Shown: positions 46,622 to 56,105 of the stretch, piece by piece
Layout of the letters: every line of letters starts with the position of its first letter
Numbering within the stretch: the stretch's first letter is position 1
Assembly (NCBI GenBank): GCA_964469845.1
Contig: CAYXZF010000002.1
Coordinates: 1,031-65,030 of the forward strand
Length of the DNA: 64,000 bases
Direction: 5' to 3'
Source: an uncultured Phocaeicola sp.
Lineage (GTDB): Bacteria > Bacteroidota > Bacteroidia > Bacteroidales > Bacteroidaceae
The notes under the pieces: generated by a model
Told to the model about the DNA's origin: nothing
Seen by the model: only the letters and a program-made list of their open reading frames with translations
Database searches by the model: none
Made by a program: the position numbers and the translations under genes

Positions 46622-47475
46622 GACTCCTTGTATTTAATGTTATCAATCAAACGGACATCGCCACAGAACACGGTGATGCACCCCACGGCATAATCCGTAT
46701 CTTCCCAACGGGCAATCTTTTGCAACGTCGTGCCGTCCACGATTTCAAAATACTCCAATCGGAGTCCTTTCGAAGCGGCAATGGCGTCCTCCACATACTT
46801 CTGCGTTTCGGCCACGGTGTGTGTTTCGGCAAAGGTCTTGCTACGGAACAATGTCAGCGAAATGTTCAAAGCAAACTCGCGCTCGGTAGTCGAAAGACGG
46901 GCATTGCGACTGCTCAGAGCCAAACCATCCTCTTCGCGCACAATGGGGCAACCTACAATCTGAAGCGGGAACTGCATCTGCTTCACCATCTCACGGATAA
47001 TGGCCAACTGCTGAAAATCTTTTTCGCCGAAATAAGCACGGGTAGGCTCTACAATCATGAACAGTTTACTTACTATCTGACAGACGCCGTTGAAATGACC
47101 GGGACGGAACTTGCCTTCCATCACCGTGTCCAGCGGCGCATAGCTGAACTGACGTGTATCCGGTTCGGGATAGATTTCTTCCACCGAGGGAGCGAACACG
47201 TATGCCGCACCTTCCTTTTCAAGCAACTGACAATCCGCTTCGAGAGTGCGCGGATACTTCAGCAAGTCATTCTTATCATTGAATTGGGTAGGATTGACAA
47301 AGTCACTCACCACCACTACATCGTTCTCCGCTACGGCACGCTTAACGAGCGAAGCATGTCCGGCATGCAAAGCTCCCATTGTAGGAACCAAACCGATGGA
47401 TTTGCCTTGCTGACGCAACGCATCCAGTTCCGCACGGAGCTCTTGAATTGTATAAATCAACTTCATTTTCATCAT
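46615..47475 (-). CDS. panC: Pantoate--beta-alanine ligase
   Basis: [13 protein letters not shown] (HxGH) motif. About 284 aa. Overlaps panD by 7 nt. Confidence 0.95.
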   Translation of the reverse strand: MMKMKLIYTIQELRAELDALRQQGKSIGLVPTMGALHAGHASLVKRAVAENDVVVVSDFVNPTQFNDKNDLLKYPRTLEADCQLLEKEGAAYVFAPSVEEIYPEPDTRQFSYAPLDTVMEGKFRPGHFNGVCQIVSKLFMIVEPTRAYFGEKDFQQLAIIREMVKQMQFPLQIVGCPIVREEDGLALSSRNARLSTTEREFALNISLTLFRSKTFAETHTVAETQKYVEDAIAASKGLRLEYFEIVDGTTLQKIARWEDTDYAVGCITVFCGDVRLIDNIKYKESC

Positions 47476-47592
47476 TCTTTTTAAAGCTGCAAACTATAAA
47501 ACGGCTGCAAAGTTAGGCATACTTTGGGAGATAACGAAGGATTTTTTCAATTAATTAAGTTACATTTTTTCCTCTCGCATCCTTTTTTTTAC

Positions 47593-47600
47593 TACCTTTG
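47593..47600 (+). promoter_or_regulatory. -7 box TACCTTTG for the glycogen-synthase-like gene
   Basis: Exact TAnnTTTG about 35 nt upstream of the ATG at 47636. Confidence 0.5.
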
Positions 47601-47635
47601 CAAAATAATTATAAGCAAGAAGTTTTTATAATATA

Positions 47636-48457
47636 ATGATGGCAAATAAAGTATTATTTATTACACAAGAGATTTTACCGTACGTATCAGAATCAGAAAT
47701 GGCCAATATGGGCAGATACCTTCCGCAGGCTATACAAGAAAAAGGTAGAGAAATCAGAACCTTCATGCCGAAATGGGGTAATGTGAACGAACGTAGAAAC
47801 CAACTGCATGAAGTGATCCGTCTGTCGGGGATGAACTTGATTATAGATGATACCGATCACCCGCTGATTATCAAGGTAGCTTCCATTCAAGCCGCACGTA
47901 TGCAGGTGTACTTCATAGACAACGATGACTACTTCCAGAACCGCCAGATGGCAACCGATGAAAACGGTACGGAATACGTAGACAACGATGAACGCGCCAT
48001 TTTCTATGCGCGCGGTGTATTGGAAACCGTCAAGAAACTCCGTTGGTGTCCGGACATCGTACACTGTCAGGGATGGATGAGCGCTTTCGTTCCTCTCTAT
48101 ATCAAGAAAGCCTATCAAGACGAACCTTCGTTCAGAGATTCCAAAGTGGTGTTCTCGCTTTTTGGTGACGACTTGAAAAACAACATGCAGGAAGGACTGG
48201 CCGAGAAACTGCTGCTGAAAGGTATCAAAAAGAGCGACATCGAAGACATCGTAGGCAGCCCGTTCAACTACAAGGAATTATGCAAGCTGGCTATCGCTTA
48301 TTCGGACGGTGTTATCCAGAGCAGCGAAAACGTAGACGAAGAACTTCTTGACTATGCACGCCAAAAGGGTATCCCCGTGCTCGAATATCAGACACCGGAA
48401 ACCTATGCGGATGCATGCAACAGTTTTTATGATGAAATTTGGTCTCAAGGTAAATAA
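47636..48457 (+). CDS. Glycogen/starch synthase-like protein, N-terminal (GT5 catalytic) domain only
   Basis: 273 aa. N-terminus VLFITQEILPY.. and HCQGWMSAFVPLYIK are typical of the starch-synthase catalytic domain. No second Rossmann half is present. Confidence 0.75.
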   Translation: MMANKVLFITQEILPYVSESEMANMGRYLPQAIQEKGREIRTFMPKWGNVNERRNQLHEVIRLSGMNLIIDDTDHPLIIKVASIQAARMQVYFIDNDDYFQNRQMATDENGTEYVDNDERAIFYARGVLETVKKLRWCPDIVHCQGWMSAFVPLYIKKAYQDEPSFRDSKVVFSLFGDDLKNNMQEGLAEKLLLKGIKKSDIEDIVGSPFNYKELCKLAIAYSDGVIQSSENVDEELLDYARQKGIPVLEYQTPETYADACNSFYDEIWSQGK

Positions 48458-48471
48458 ATTTAAAAGAAAAT

Positions 48472-49863
48472 ATGAAACTGAAATACCTTTATGCACTGTT
48501 GGCATCGGCACTCATCTGCAGTTGCGACGATACCACAAGCGGCATTGGAGACAGCACCATCGCGGCAGGAGACTCCATCCCCGCCGGAGTAGCGACCTAC
48601 AATGTCCATACCCGCTCCATTCTGGCGGACTCCGTATATGCCCGAACCAGTACGGCTTATTTGGGAAAATATACCGACCCGCAGTTCGGGGAATTTACAG
48701 CGGACTTCATCGCGCAGTTCAACTGTACGGACAACTTTGAGTTTCCGGAACATGTACAAAAAGTTACCGGCTTGCAGTTACGCATGTATTACACCACTTA
48801 CTTCGGCGATTCACTGAACGCCATGCGCTTGCAGGTCGATACACTGAGTCGCATCATCCCGGAGAAAGAATTGAGCACGTTCTACACCAGCGTAGACCCC
48901 GCACAGTATTACAATCCGAACGCCAAGCCTTTGGCACACAAAGCATTCGCCGCCAAAGGTGCCTCCGCAAAAGACACAACCGTCATCAGCAACAGTAGCA
49001 GCGGCTTGTCAACCAGCATTTCATACAACTGGCAGAACGTGATACTCCCCACCTCCTTGGGACAATTCATGTATAATAAATATGTAGAAGACAAAAACAA
49101 CTACAAAGATGCTGATAAGTTCATCCGAAATGTCTTGAAAGGATTTTACGTACACTGCACACACGGCGACGGAACCATCCTCTACATTGACGACATCCAA
49201 CTTCGTCTGACTTTCGACTATTTGATTGAAAGTTCATCGGGAGCCGTAGACTCACTGATAAACGGAGCAACCGTATTCGCCGCTTCCAAAGAAGTCATTC
49301 AGGCCAACCACTTCAAAAACTCCGAGCGATTGAAGAAACTGGCGGAAGAGACGGAACACACCTATCTGAAGACCCCGGCAGGCATTTTCACCGAAGTGAC
49401 CTTGCCCATCGAAGAAATAGCCGAAGTACACCAACGCGACACTCTGAATGCGGCGGCCATCACTTTTACCCGCTACAACGACAAGGCGGCCAACAACTAT
49501 GCGATGGGTGTCCCCGACTATCTGCTGATGGTACGCAAGAAAGATATGTACAATTTCTTCGAGAAAAACAAGACATACGACGGAAAGACCTCTTTCCTTG
49601 CGCAGATTGTAAGTTCAGGCGAGTCGGCCAACACTTACTCTTTCACCAACATAGCTCCGCTCATTTCCTACTGCATGACCGAAAAGGCCAACGGCAAGCA
49701 GGATGAAGACTGGAACAAGGTGGTGCTCATTCCGGTCAAGACCGAAACCGATGCCAACGGAAGCATCATCGGCATCAAGAGCAACTTAGACATGGAAAGC
49801 GCACGCTTGTTTGGCGGTGAGAAGACGCAATTGAAGATGCAAGTGTTCTACACAACATTCTAA
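48472..49863 (+). CDS. DUF4270-like lipoprotein
   Basis: Lipobox LICSC. 463 aa. The family name is from remembered synteny with the short glycogen-synthase gene in Bacteroides. Confidence 0.6.
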   Translation: MKLKYLYALLASALICSCDDTTSGIGDSTIAAGDSIPAGVATYNVHTRSILADSVYARTSTAYLGKYTDPQFGEFTADFIAQFNCTDNFEFPEHVQKVTGLQLRMYYTTYFGDSLNAMRLQVDTLSRIIPEKELSTFYTSVDPAQYYNPNAKPLAHKAFAAKGASAKDTTVISNSSSGLSTSISYNWQNVILPTSLGQFMYNKYVEDKNNYKDADKFIRNVLKGFYVHCTHGDGTILYIDDIQLRLTFDYLIESSSGAVDSLINGATVFAASKEVIQANHFKNSERLKKLAEETEHTYLKTPAGIFTEVTLPIEEIAEVHQRDTLNAAAITFTRYNDKAANNYAMGVPDYLLMVRKKDMYNFFEKNKTYDGKTSFLAQIVSSGESANTYSFTNIAPLISYCMTEKANGKQDEDWNKVVLIPVKTETDANGSIIGIKSNLDMESARLFGGEKTQLKMQVFYTTF

Positions 49864-49884
49864 AGAAAACCTACGTTTTTCAAT

Positions 49885-49931
49885 AAAAAAGAAAGGTGGA
49901 TGCCGAGTATGTATCCGCCTTTCTTTTTTTT
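49885..49931. terminator. Bidirectional intrinsic terminator
   Basis: AAAAAA GAAAGGTGGAT N11 ATCCGCCTTTC TTTTTTTT. Confidence 0.75.
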
Positions 49932-49942
49932 AATAAACACAA

Positions 49943-49973
49943 ATAGGGCGACCCCGATAAAGAGTCGCCCTAT
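49943..49973 (-). terminator. Hairpin downstream of the phosphoglucomutase gene
   Basis: ATAGGGCGAC N11 GTCGCCCTAT, 23 nt beyond the stop codon at 49996-49998. Confidence 0.5.
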
Positions 49974-49995
49974 TATGTTTATAGAATCTTCCTTC

Positions 49996-51741
49996 TTACA
50001 AGCCCAACGACTTCTTTACCGCTTCAATCTTTTCGAGAGCGGCAGCGTTCGCAGAAGCGAAACACTTCGGGCAACCCATTTCGCCTTTCACTTCCATGTA
50101 GAACTTGATTTTGGGTTCCGTGCCCGACGGACGGACAGAAATCTTTGTACCGTCTTCGGTGAAGAACTGGAGGGCATTGCTCGTTTCGGGCATGTCAAGG
50201 TCTATCACCTTGCCTTCACCATCAGTAGCCTTCAAACAAGTGTAGTCTTTTACGAGCACCACCTTGGAGCCGCCGATTTCCTTCGGAGGATTAGCTTGGA
50301 AGTTCTTCATCATGGCCTTGATTTCATCGGCACCGCTCTTGCCCGGCTTCACGACATTGACTGTCACTTCTTTAGAGAAACCGTATTCCACGTAGATTTC
50401 CATCAACACATCATAAAGAGTCTTGCCCTGATCCTTGGCCCAAGCACAGATTTCGGCAAGCAATGTACAGGCAGAAACGGCATCTTTGTCGCGAACAAAG
50501 TCTTCGGCCAAGAAACCGTAGCTTTCCTCACCGCCACCGATGTACTGCTGCTTACCTTCACTCAGACGGATTTCGCGGGCAATCCACTTGAAGCCGGTGT
50601 AGCAATCGCGCATTTCAATGTGATTCTTATCGGCCACAGCCTTAATCAGTTCGGTAGTCACGATGGTCTTCACGCAGAAGTCCGTATCCTTCATCTTACC
50701 CATCGCCTTGCGGTTCTTGATGATGTAGTACAAGAAAATCAAAGCAGTCTGATTACCGTTCACCAATACCCATTCGCCCTTGTCGTTCTTGCAGGCCATG
50801 CCCACACGGTCGGCATCCGGGTCGGTAGCCATCACAATGTCGGCATTGATTTTCTTTGCCAATTCGATGGCCATAGAAAGAGCCTCGGCGTTTTCAGGGT
50901 TCGGAGAGATGACGGTGGGGAAGTCGCCGCTCTTCACCATCTGCTCTTCCACACAATGTACGTTTTCAAAGCCCCACTGCTTCAAGGCACGCGGCACGAG
51001 CATCATACCTGTACCGTGAATCGGAGTGTACACAATGCTTAAATCCTTCTGACGCTTGATAACATCCGGGTCGATGGAGATGCCGTGAACCTTGTCCAAG
51101 TAAACGCTGTCGATGTCTTCACCGATAATCTGAATCAAGTCTTTGTTACCTTGAAACTTGATGTCGGCAGCCGAAGCTATTTTATTTACTTCTTCGATGA
51201 TGCCCTTATCGTGCGGAGCCAACACTTGCGCACCATCGTCCCAATAAGCCTTGTAACCGTTGTATTCCTTGGGGTTGTGCGAAGCGGTCAGGATGATACC
51301 GCTTTGGCAACCGAGGTGACGGATAGCGAAAGACATTTCGGGAGTCGGACGCATGTCGTCAAAGAGATAAACCTTGATACCGTTGGCGGAGAAGATGTCG
51401 GCAGAAATTTCGGCAAACAGACGGCTGTTGTTACGACAGTCGTGACCGATACATACGGAAATCTGTTCCAGATTTTTAAAGTTTTTGTTAAGGTAGTTGG
51501 ACAATCCCTGAGTGGCGGCACCCACCGTGTAGATATTCATTCGGTTGCTACCTACGCCCATGATACCTCTCAAGCCACCTGTACCGAATTCAAGGTCTTT
51601 ATAGAAAGCTTCAATCAAGTCCGTCTTGTCAGGGTTTTCCAACATTTTCTTGATTTCGGCCTGTGTTTCTGCATCGTAAGCCGGAGTCAGCCACTTGTGA
51701 GCCTTCTCTGTCACTAATTTAATCAATTCTTCGTTTTCCAT
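49996..51741 (-). CDS. Phospho-sugar mutase (phosphoglucomutase/phosphomannomutase family)
   Basis: 581 aa. Active-site loop TASHNPKEYNGYK and Mg-binding DPDADR. Confidence 0.92.
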   Translation of the reverse strand: MENEELIKLVTEKAHKWLTPAYDAETQAEIKKMLENPDKTDLIEAFYKDLEFGTGGLRGIMGVGSNRMNIYTVGAATQGLSNYLNKNFKNLEQISVCIGHDCRNNSRLFAEISADIFSANGIKVYLFDDMRPTPEMSFAIRHLGCQSGIILTASHNPKEYNGYKAYWDDGAQVLAPHDKGIIEEVNKIASAADIKFQGNKDLIQIIGEDIDSVYLDKVHGISIDPDVIKRQKDLSIVYTPIHGTGMMLVPRALKQWGFENVHCVEEQMVKSGDFPTVISPNPENAEALSMAIELAKKINADIVMATDPDADRVGMACKNDKGEWVLVNGNQTALIFLYYIIKNRKAMGKMKDTDFCVKTIVTTELIKAVADKNHIEMRDCYTGFKWIAREIRLSEGKQQYIGGGEESYGFLAEDFVRDKDAVSACTLLAEICAWAKDQGKTLYDVLMEIYVEYGFSKEVTVNVVKPGKSGADEIKAMMKNFQANPPKEIGGSKVVLVKDYTCLKATDGEGKVIDLDMPETSNALQFFTEDGTKISVRPSGTEPKIKFYMEVKGEMGCPKCFASANAAALEKIEAVKKSLGL

Positions 51742-51775
51742 AAGTCGATAATTTAAATGTTAAATCAATAATATG

Positions 51776-51783
51776 CAAATTTA
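51776..51783 (-). promoter_or_regulatory. -7 box TAAATTTG (minus strand) for the phospho-sugar mutase gene
   Basis: CAAATTTA on the plus strand, about 35 nt upstream of the ATG at 51741. Confidence 0.45.
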
Positions 51784-51937
51784 GCGGATAAACTTCATAT
51801 TTCCTACTTTTAAAGAAATAATTTGCGCATCTTACGCTGGAAAACCAACGGAAACAATACAAAGCAAAATACCAATGTATAATAAATTAAACGACCTTTC
51901 CACTCAATCATTCAAAATAGCGACATGGTTGCATATC

Positions 51938-52876
51938 TTAGAATTGGTTGTTGGATTGTTTGATGTCCATCAACGAAACATGTTCGTTACGGTAGCGGGC
52001 ATTGGGGTTTTTCTCTATACCGTTCGGGAATGAACCGTCTGCCGATTTGATGAACCGGATTGCCTTCTGCGGGCAGTTCTGGATACAGGCGAAGCAATAT
52101 TCACAATCGCCGGACATCCTAACCCCTGACGATGTCAGTTCATAATTGCCGCACGGACAGACCGAAACGCAGACTCCGCAACCGATACAGGCATCGGTTA
52201 CGGCAAAACAGTTCTCGCTCTTCAGGACAAAACCCGTCGCGGGGTCTATGCCGGTTCGTGCCAAAAATCCCTGATGTTGTTCTCTTTCTTCCTCCGTTAC
52301 AGGTTCGTGCCACCGTTTACGTTCGGAAAGGTCGGCTGCGATTTTTTGCAGATTTTCCGGGATATGCTTGTCGATTAATATCTGCTCGTTCATATCGAAA
52401 TTCGGCAGCCAGTTGTCCACCATAATGATAGTCCCTATATAGTCGAACCGCTTTCCTGCCTGCCGCGATATTTCATCCCATATTTCCACCGCATTGCACT
52501 TTCTGTTGCCATATGTCAGGACAGCAAACAGGTAATCGGCTTTCAAGTTCGCTTTTTGGATGAATCGGCGAACCATGTTGGGCGGCATGTGCCCGTATAT
52601 AGGATACACTATGCCGATTTCATCCGCCTCAATCTCAAACTTCTTTCGTTTCATCAGTTGCGGAATGCTTAACAACTCCGCATCCTTGCTACCAAGCTGC
52701 CGTGCCACATAGAGGCAGTTGCCCGTTCCTGTAAAATAAAGTATAGTACGCTTCTTTTTCTTCCCCTCGCAGGATGTCAGCGAAAGCAGACCGGACGATA
52801 CGGAAACTGTGCTTGCTACAGCCATCCCCATCCGTTTCAACGCACTCCGGCGTGTCATTTTATCATCGGTATCCAT
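51938..52876 (-). CDS. Flavodoxin-like plus 2x[4Fe-4S] ferredoxin protein (EFR1-like) with a Tat/lipoprotein-type signal
   Basis: N-terminus MTRRSALKRMGMAVAS..LLSLTSC, a flavodoxin-like ILYFTGTGNC segment, and two CxxCxxCxxxCP motifs (CIGCGVCVSVCP, CEYCFACIQNCP). Confidence 0.8.
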   Translation of the reverse strand: MDTDDKMTRRSALKRMGMAVASTVSVSSGLLSLTSCEGKKKKRTILYFTGTGNCLYVARQLGSKDAELLSIPQLMKRKKFEIEADEIGIVYPIYGHMPPNMVRRFIQKANLKADYLFAVLTYGNRKCNAVEIWDEISRQAGKRFDYIGTIIMVDNWLPNFDMNEQILIDKHIPENLQKIAADLSERKRWHEPVTEEEREQHQGFLARTGIDPATGFVLKSENCFAVTDACIGCGVCVSVCPCGNYELTSSGVRMSGDCEYCFACIQNCPQKAIRFIKSADGSFPNGIEKNPNARYRNEHVSLMDIKQSNNQF

Positions 52877-52928
52877 ATCTTATCTTTCTAAATAATTAAA
52901 TATCTTTTTATCTGTCATTTTACTGATG

Positions 52929-52936
52929 CAAAATTA
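52929..52936 (-). promoter_or_regulatory. -7 box TAATTTTG (minus strand) for the ferredoxin-like gene
   Basis: CAAAATTA on the plus strand, about 55 nt upstream of the ATG at 52876. Confidence 0.45.
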
Positions 52937-53075
52937 CGAAAAGAGAATAGCACTCCCGCTACCCAAATTACAGATAAAAGTATAAATTTTACTGATTGCA
53001 TAAAATTGTGGAAAAATGTGCTAATTTGACACCGGAATAATATAAAAACACATTACAAGTTTTATCGGACATCAA

Positions 53076-53125
53076 TAAAAAAAATCTCGAACACACACGT
53101 TTACGTGTATTCGAGATTTTTTCTT
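53076..53125 (-). terminator. Intrinsic terminator of the pot operon
   Basis: AAATCTCGAACACAC / GTGTATTCGAGATTT stem with an A run on the plus strand (a T run on the minus strand) after the hairpin. Confidence 0.7.
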
Positions 53126-53171
53126 TTCGCGCCTGACCGGATGAACCGGCCGATTCGGTTTTTACTTTCCC

Positions 53172-54503
53172 TTATCTCTTTTTGCGACGGCGTCTGCGCT
53201 TCATCTTGTTACGGAACTTGCGCACCTTGCTGACCACCATCCAGATGAACAAGACACCGAACACGGCAAAGATGACAAACACTATCCAAGCATTCAGATT
53301 ATCGCCCTTCACACGACTCCACATTTCAAGCACTTTTTCCAAGTCTTCCTTGTTGCTGAAATCGCGAATAACGGCACAACGCTCTATCACCTTGCGGTCG
53401 GGGTATTGCACGGGGTCCAGCCGCACACTGTCGGCCTCGGGTCCGAAGAAATAACTGAGGTCGGAATAGTTTTCGAGCGTGGTATCTATTTTCGCTTCAA
53501 GCACTTCGGGGGTGGCAAGGGCACTCACATAGCCGATGGCTTCCATGTTTCGCAAAGCGATGTCGGGACGACAGAGGTAATTGATGAAGTAACTTGCCGC
53601 CTTCACGTTGCGGGCGTACTTCGGAATGACCCAACCATCAAACCATACGTTACTTCCTTCTATCGGCACCACATAGTCCAACTCCACTCCTACCGCATCG
53701 GCCTCTTCTATCGCCCAAACGGCATCCCCGCTCCACGTGAAGTTAAGGCAGGCCTTGCCCTTGGTCATCATCTCCTTGCCAAAGTCGGCTTCCCAACCGG
53801 CTATGTTGGGCTTCATGGCTTTCAGATACTCTTCCGCGGTAGCGATGGCTTCGCGGGAATTATCGTTCATCAGTTGTTCCACGGTCACTTCACCGCTCTT
53901 CAAGCGGTCGGAGTTGGCATAAATGATGGCTGTTCCATAACAGTCGCGGTAACTGTCCTTCATCAGTATTTTGTTGCGGAACTTCGAATCCCAAAGGCTC
54001 TTCCATGTCATGGCCTCCTCTTCGGTAGCCAGCGCCTTATTATACAACATACCGGCCGTGCCCCACATGTAGGCGGCGGCATAGTCCGTCACTTTCTTTT
54101 CGCCGTGACTCATTTTGTTCAGTTCGTCCTGAATGTAAGGGGCAAGATTGGGAAGATAATCGGGTGTGTCGCCAAAGTTGCGGTTGATGGGAAGCAGCAT
54201 GTCCTTGCGCATCATGCGTTCGATGATGTACTCCGAAGGACACACCACATCAAAGTCCTCGTGTCCCCGTTCAATTTTAGTAAGCATCACCTCGTTGATG
54301 TCGAACACTTGGTAGATGATTTCTATGTCCTCGCCCGTTTGTTCCTTGTACCATGCAGGAAACTCGGCCAGCACATCTTCGTCAATGTAGTCGGCCCAAT
54401 TATAAATCTTCAGGATGCGACTGCGTTCTTCCTGCGAACGCCCGCAGGCTCCCAATCCGAGGATCACCGCCAACACAAGTATGTATTTCAGTCCTTTCTT
54501 CAT
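53172..54503 (-). CDS. potD: Spermidine/putrescine ABC transporter substrate-binding lipoprotein with a C-terminal TM anchor
   Basis: Lipobox LGLGAC and a PotD-like body. It ends with a TM helix AWIVFVIFAVFGVLFIWMVV and a polybasic tail KMKRRRRRKKR. Confidence 0.85.
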   Translation of the reverse strand: MKKGLKYILVLAVILGLGACGRSQEERSRILKIYNWADYIDEDVLAEFPAWYKEQTGEDIEIIYQVFDINEVMLTKIERGHEDFDVVCPSEYIIERMMRKDMLLPINRNFGDTPDYLPNLAPYIQDELNKMSHGEKKVTDYAAAYMWGTAGMLYNKALATEEEAMTWKSLWDSKFRNKILMKDSYRDCYGTAIIYANSDRLKSGEVTVEQLMNDNSREAIATAEEYLKAMKPNIAGWEADFGKEMMTKGKACLNFTWSGDAVWAIEEADAVGVELDYVVPIEGSNVWFDGWVIPKYARNVKAASYFINYLCRPDIALRNMEAIGYVSALATPEVLEAKIDTTLENYSDLSYFFGPEADSVRLDPVQYPDRKVIERCAVIRDFSNKEDLEKVLEMWSRVKGDNLNAWIVFVIFAVFGVLFIWMVVSKVRKFRNKMKRRRRRKKR

Positions 54504-54507
54504 GTCG

Positions 54508-55299
54508 TTATTCCTTTTTCTGTTTTTCGGTACGTTTGTTAATCACTATCAGCAATACCAACACCGTAATGAAGATAATGGTTGAAAGCGGACGGAGTTC
54601 CGGAGTCAGACCACCCTTGCGCGCATCGGCATAGATGTAAGTGGAGAGAGTTTCCAGCCCCTCGTTGCCAATGGTGAAGATGGTTACGGCAAAGTCATCG
54701 ATAGACAGCGTGAAGGCCAGGATGAAACCACTAATCATGCCCGGAAGAATCTCCGGCAGGATGACCTTGCGAAGTGCCTGAAAGGGAGTGGCTCCCAAAT
54801 CGAGGGCGGCCTCGTAGATATTGGGGTTCATCTTCTTCAGACGAGGCATGACACTCAGCACCACATAGGGCGCACAAAAAGCGATATGTGCCAACACCAC
54901 AGTGGTAAAGCCTTGCGAAATGCCGAAACTGACAAACAGCAAAAACAATGAAACACCGGTGATGATATCGGGGTTCATAATGGGAATGCTGTTGGTGAAG
55001 TTCATGATGCCGCGGGCACGGCTTTTCAAGTTGAAGATGCCGATGGCGGCGATACTGCCCAACAGCGTAGACACCGAAGCGGCTATCAGCGCAATGATGA
55101 ACGTATTGGCTATGGCACCGGTCAGCGAGTGGTGCATCCCGCCCGAAAACAGCGAACTGTACAATTTAGTGGAAAATCCCGTCCAGTTGCCCAGCACTTT
55201 CGCTTCGGTGAACGAGAATATCATAATAATAAGAATAGGCGAATAGAGCAACGCCAACAGCAGCCACAAATAGCCTTGAGCCAAAATTTTCTTCATCAT
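54508..55299 (-). CDS. potC: Spermidine/putrescine ABC transporter permease
   Basis: 263 aa, 6 TM helices. EAA-type loop EAALDLGATPFQALRKVILP. Confidence 0.88.
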   Translation of the reverse strand: MMKKILAQGYLWLLLALLYSPILIIMIFSFTEAKVLGNWTGFSTKLYSSLFSGGMHHSLTGAIANTFIIALIAASVSTLLGSIAAIGIFNLKSRARGIMNFTNSIPIMNPDIITGVSLFLLFVSFGISQGFTTVVLAHIAFCAPYVVLSVMPRLKKMNPNIYEAALDLGATPFQALRKVILPEILPGMISGFILAFTLSIDDFAVTIFTIGNEGLETLSTYIYADARKGGLTPELRPLSTIIFITVLVLLIVINKRTEKQKKE

Positions 55300-56105
55300 A
55301 TCACACCTCCTCCTTCGTTTTGGGCATTGTCCTCCTCATTGGTGAAGAGCGACATTACGCCTATGAGCAACAACATGATAAGCGACAAGGCAGCCCCATA
55401 GTTCCACATCCCGTTATAAATGTTTTCTTGCACGGTGGTACCGAACAGCTTGATGTTGTTCATGGTCAGCAATTCGGCTATGGCGAACGTCGAAACCGTC
55501 GGCATGAAGACCATCACGATACCGCTGATGATACCCGGCATGGAAAGCGGAAGAATCACCTTGCGAAAGACCTTTACCGGATTGGCTCCCAAGTCTTGAG
55601 CGGCCTCAATCAGACTGTGGTCCATCTTCTGAAGAGTATTGTAGATGGGATAAATCATGAACGGAAGGAAATTGTACACCATGCCGAACACCAACGCCCC
55701 TTCGCCTAACGGCAACTTGAGGAAATCGAACAGTGCCACAGTGGCAAGCGTACGGATAAGGATATTCACCCACATGGGAAGAATGAACAGTACCACCATC
55801 GTATTGGAATTATTAAACTGCTTCTGGCTGAGGATATAAGCCGCGGGATAACCCAACACCAGACAGAATATGGTCGTAATGATGGCGATACCGATGGAAT
55901 AAATAAAGGTATTCACGGCTTCGGGATGCATCATGAACTTGCGGAAGTTAAGCAAGGTGAAAGCACCCTCTTCGTCGGTAAACGCATAAAGAACAATAAG
56001 CAGCAACGGTATCACTACAAACACCAGCAGGAACAACGCATAAGGCAACGACCAATTCCTGCGCCGCATAAAGAAACGGGAAAATATATTCACCATCTTT
56101 CTCAC
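55296..56105 (-). CDS. potB: Spermidine/putrescine ABC transporter permease
   Basis: 269 aa. EAA loop [20 protein letters not shown]. 4-nt overlaps with both neighbouring genes. Confidence 0.88.
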   Translation of the reverse strand: MRKMVNIFSRFFMRRRNWSLPYALFLLVFVVIPLLLIVLYAFTDEEGAFTLLNFRKFMMHPEAVNTFIYSIGIAIITTIFCLVLGYPAAYILSQKQFNNSNTMVVLFILPMWVNILIRTLATVALFDFLKLPLGEGALVFGMVYNFLPFMIYPIYNTLQKMDHSLIEAAQDLGANPVKVFRKVILPLSMPGIISGIVMVFMPTVSTFAIAELLTMNNIKLFGTTVQENIYNGMWNYGAALSLIMLLLIGVMSLFTNEEDNAQNEGGGVI

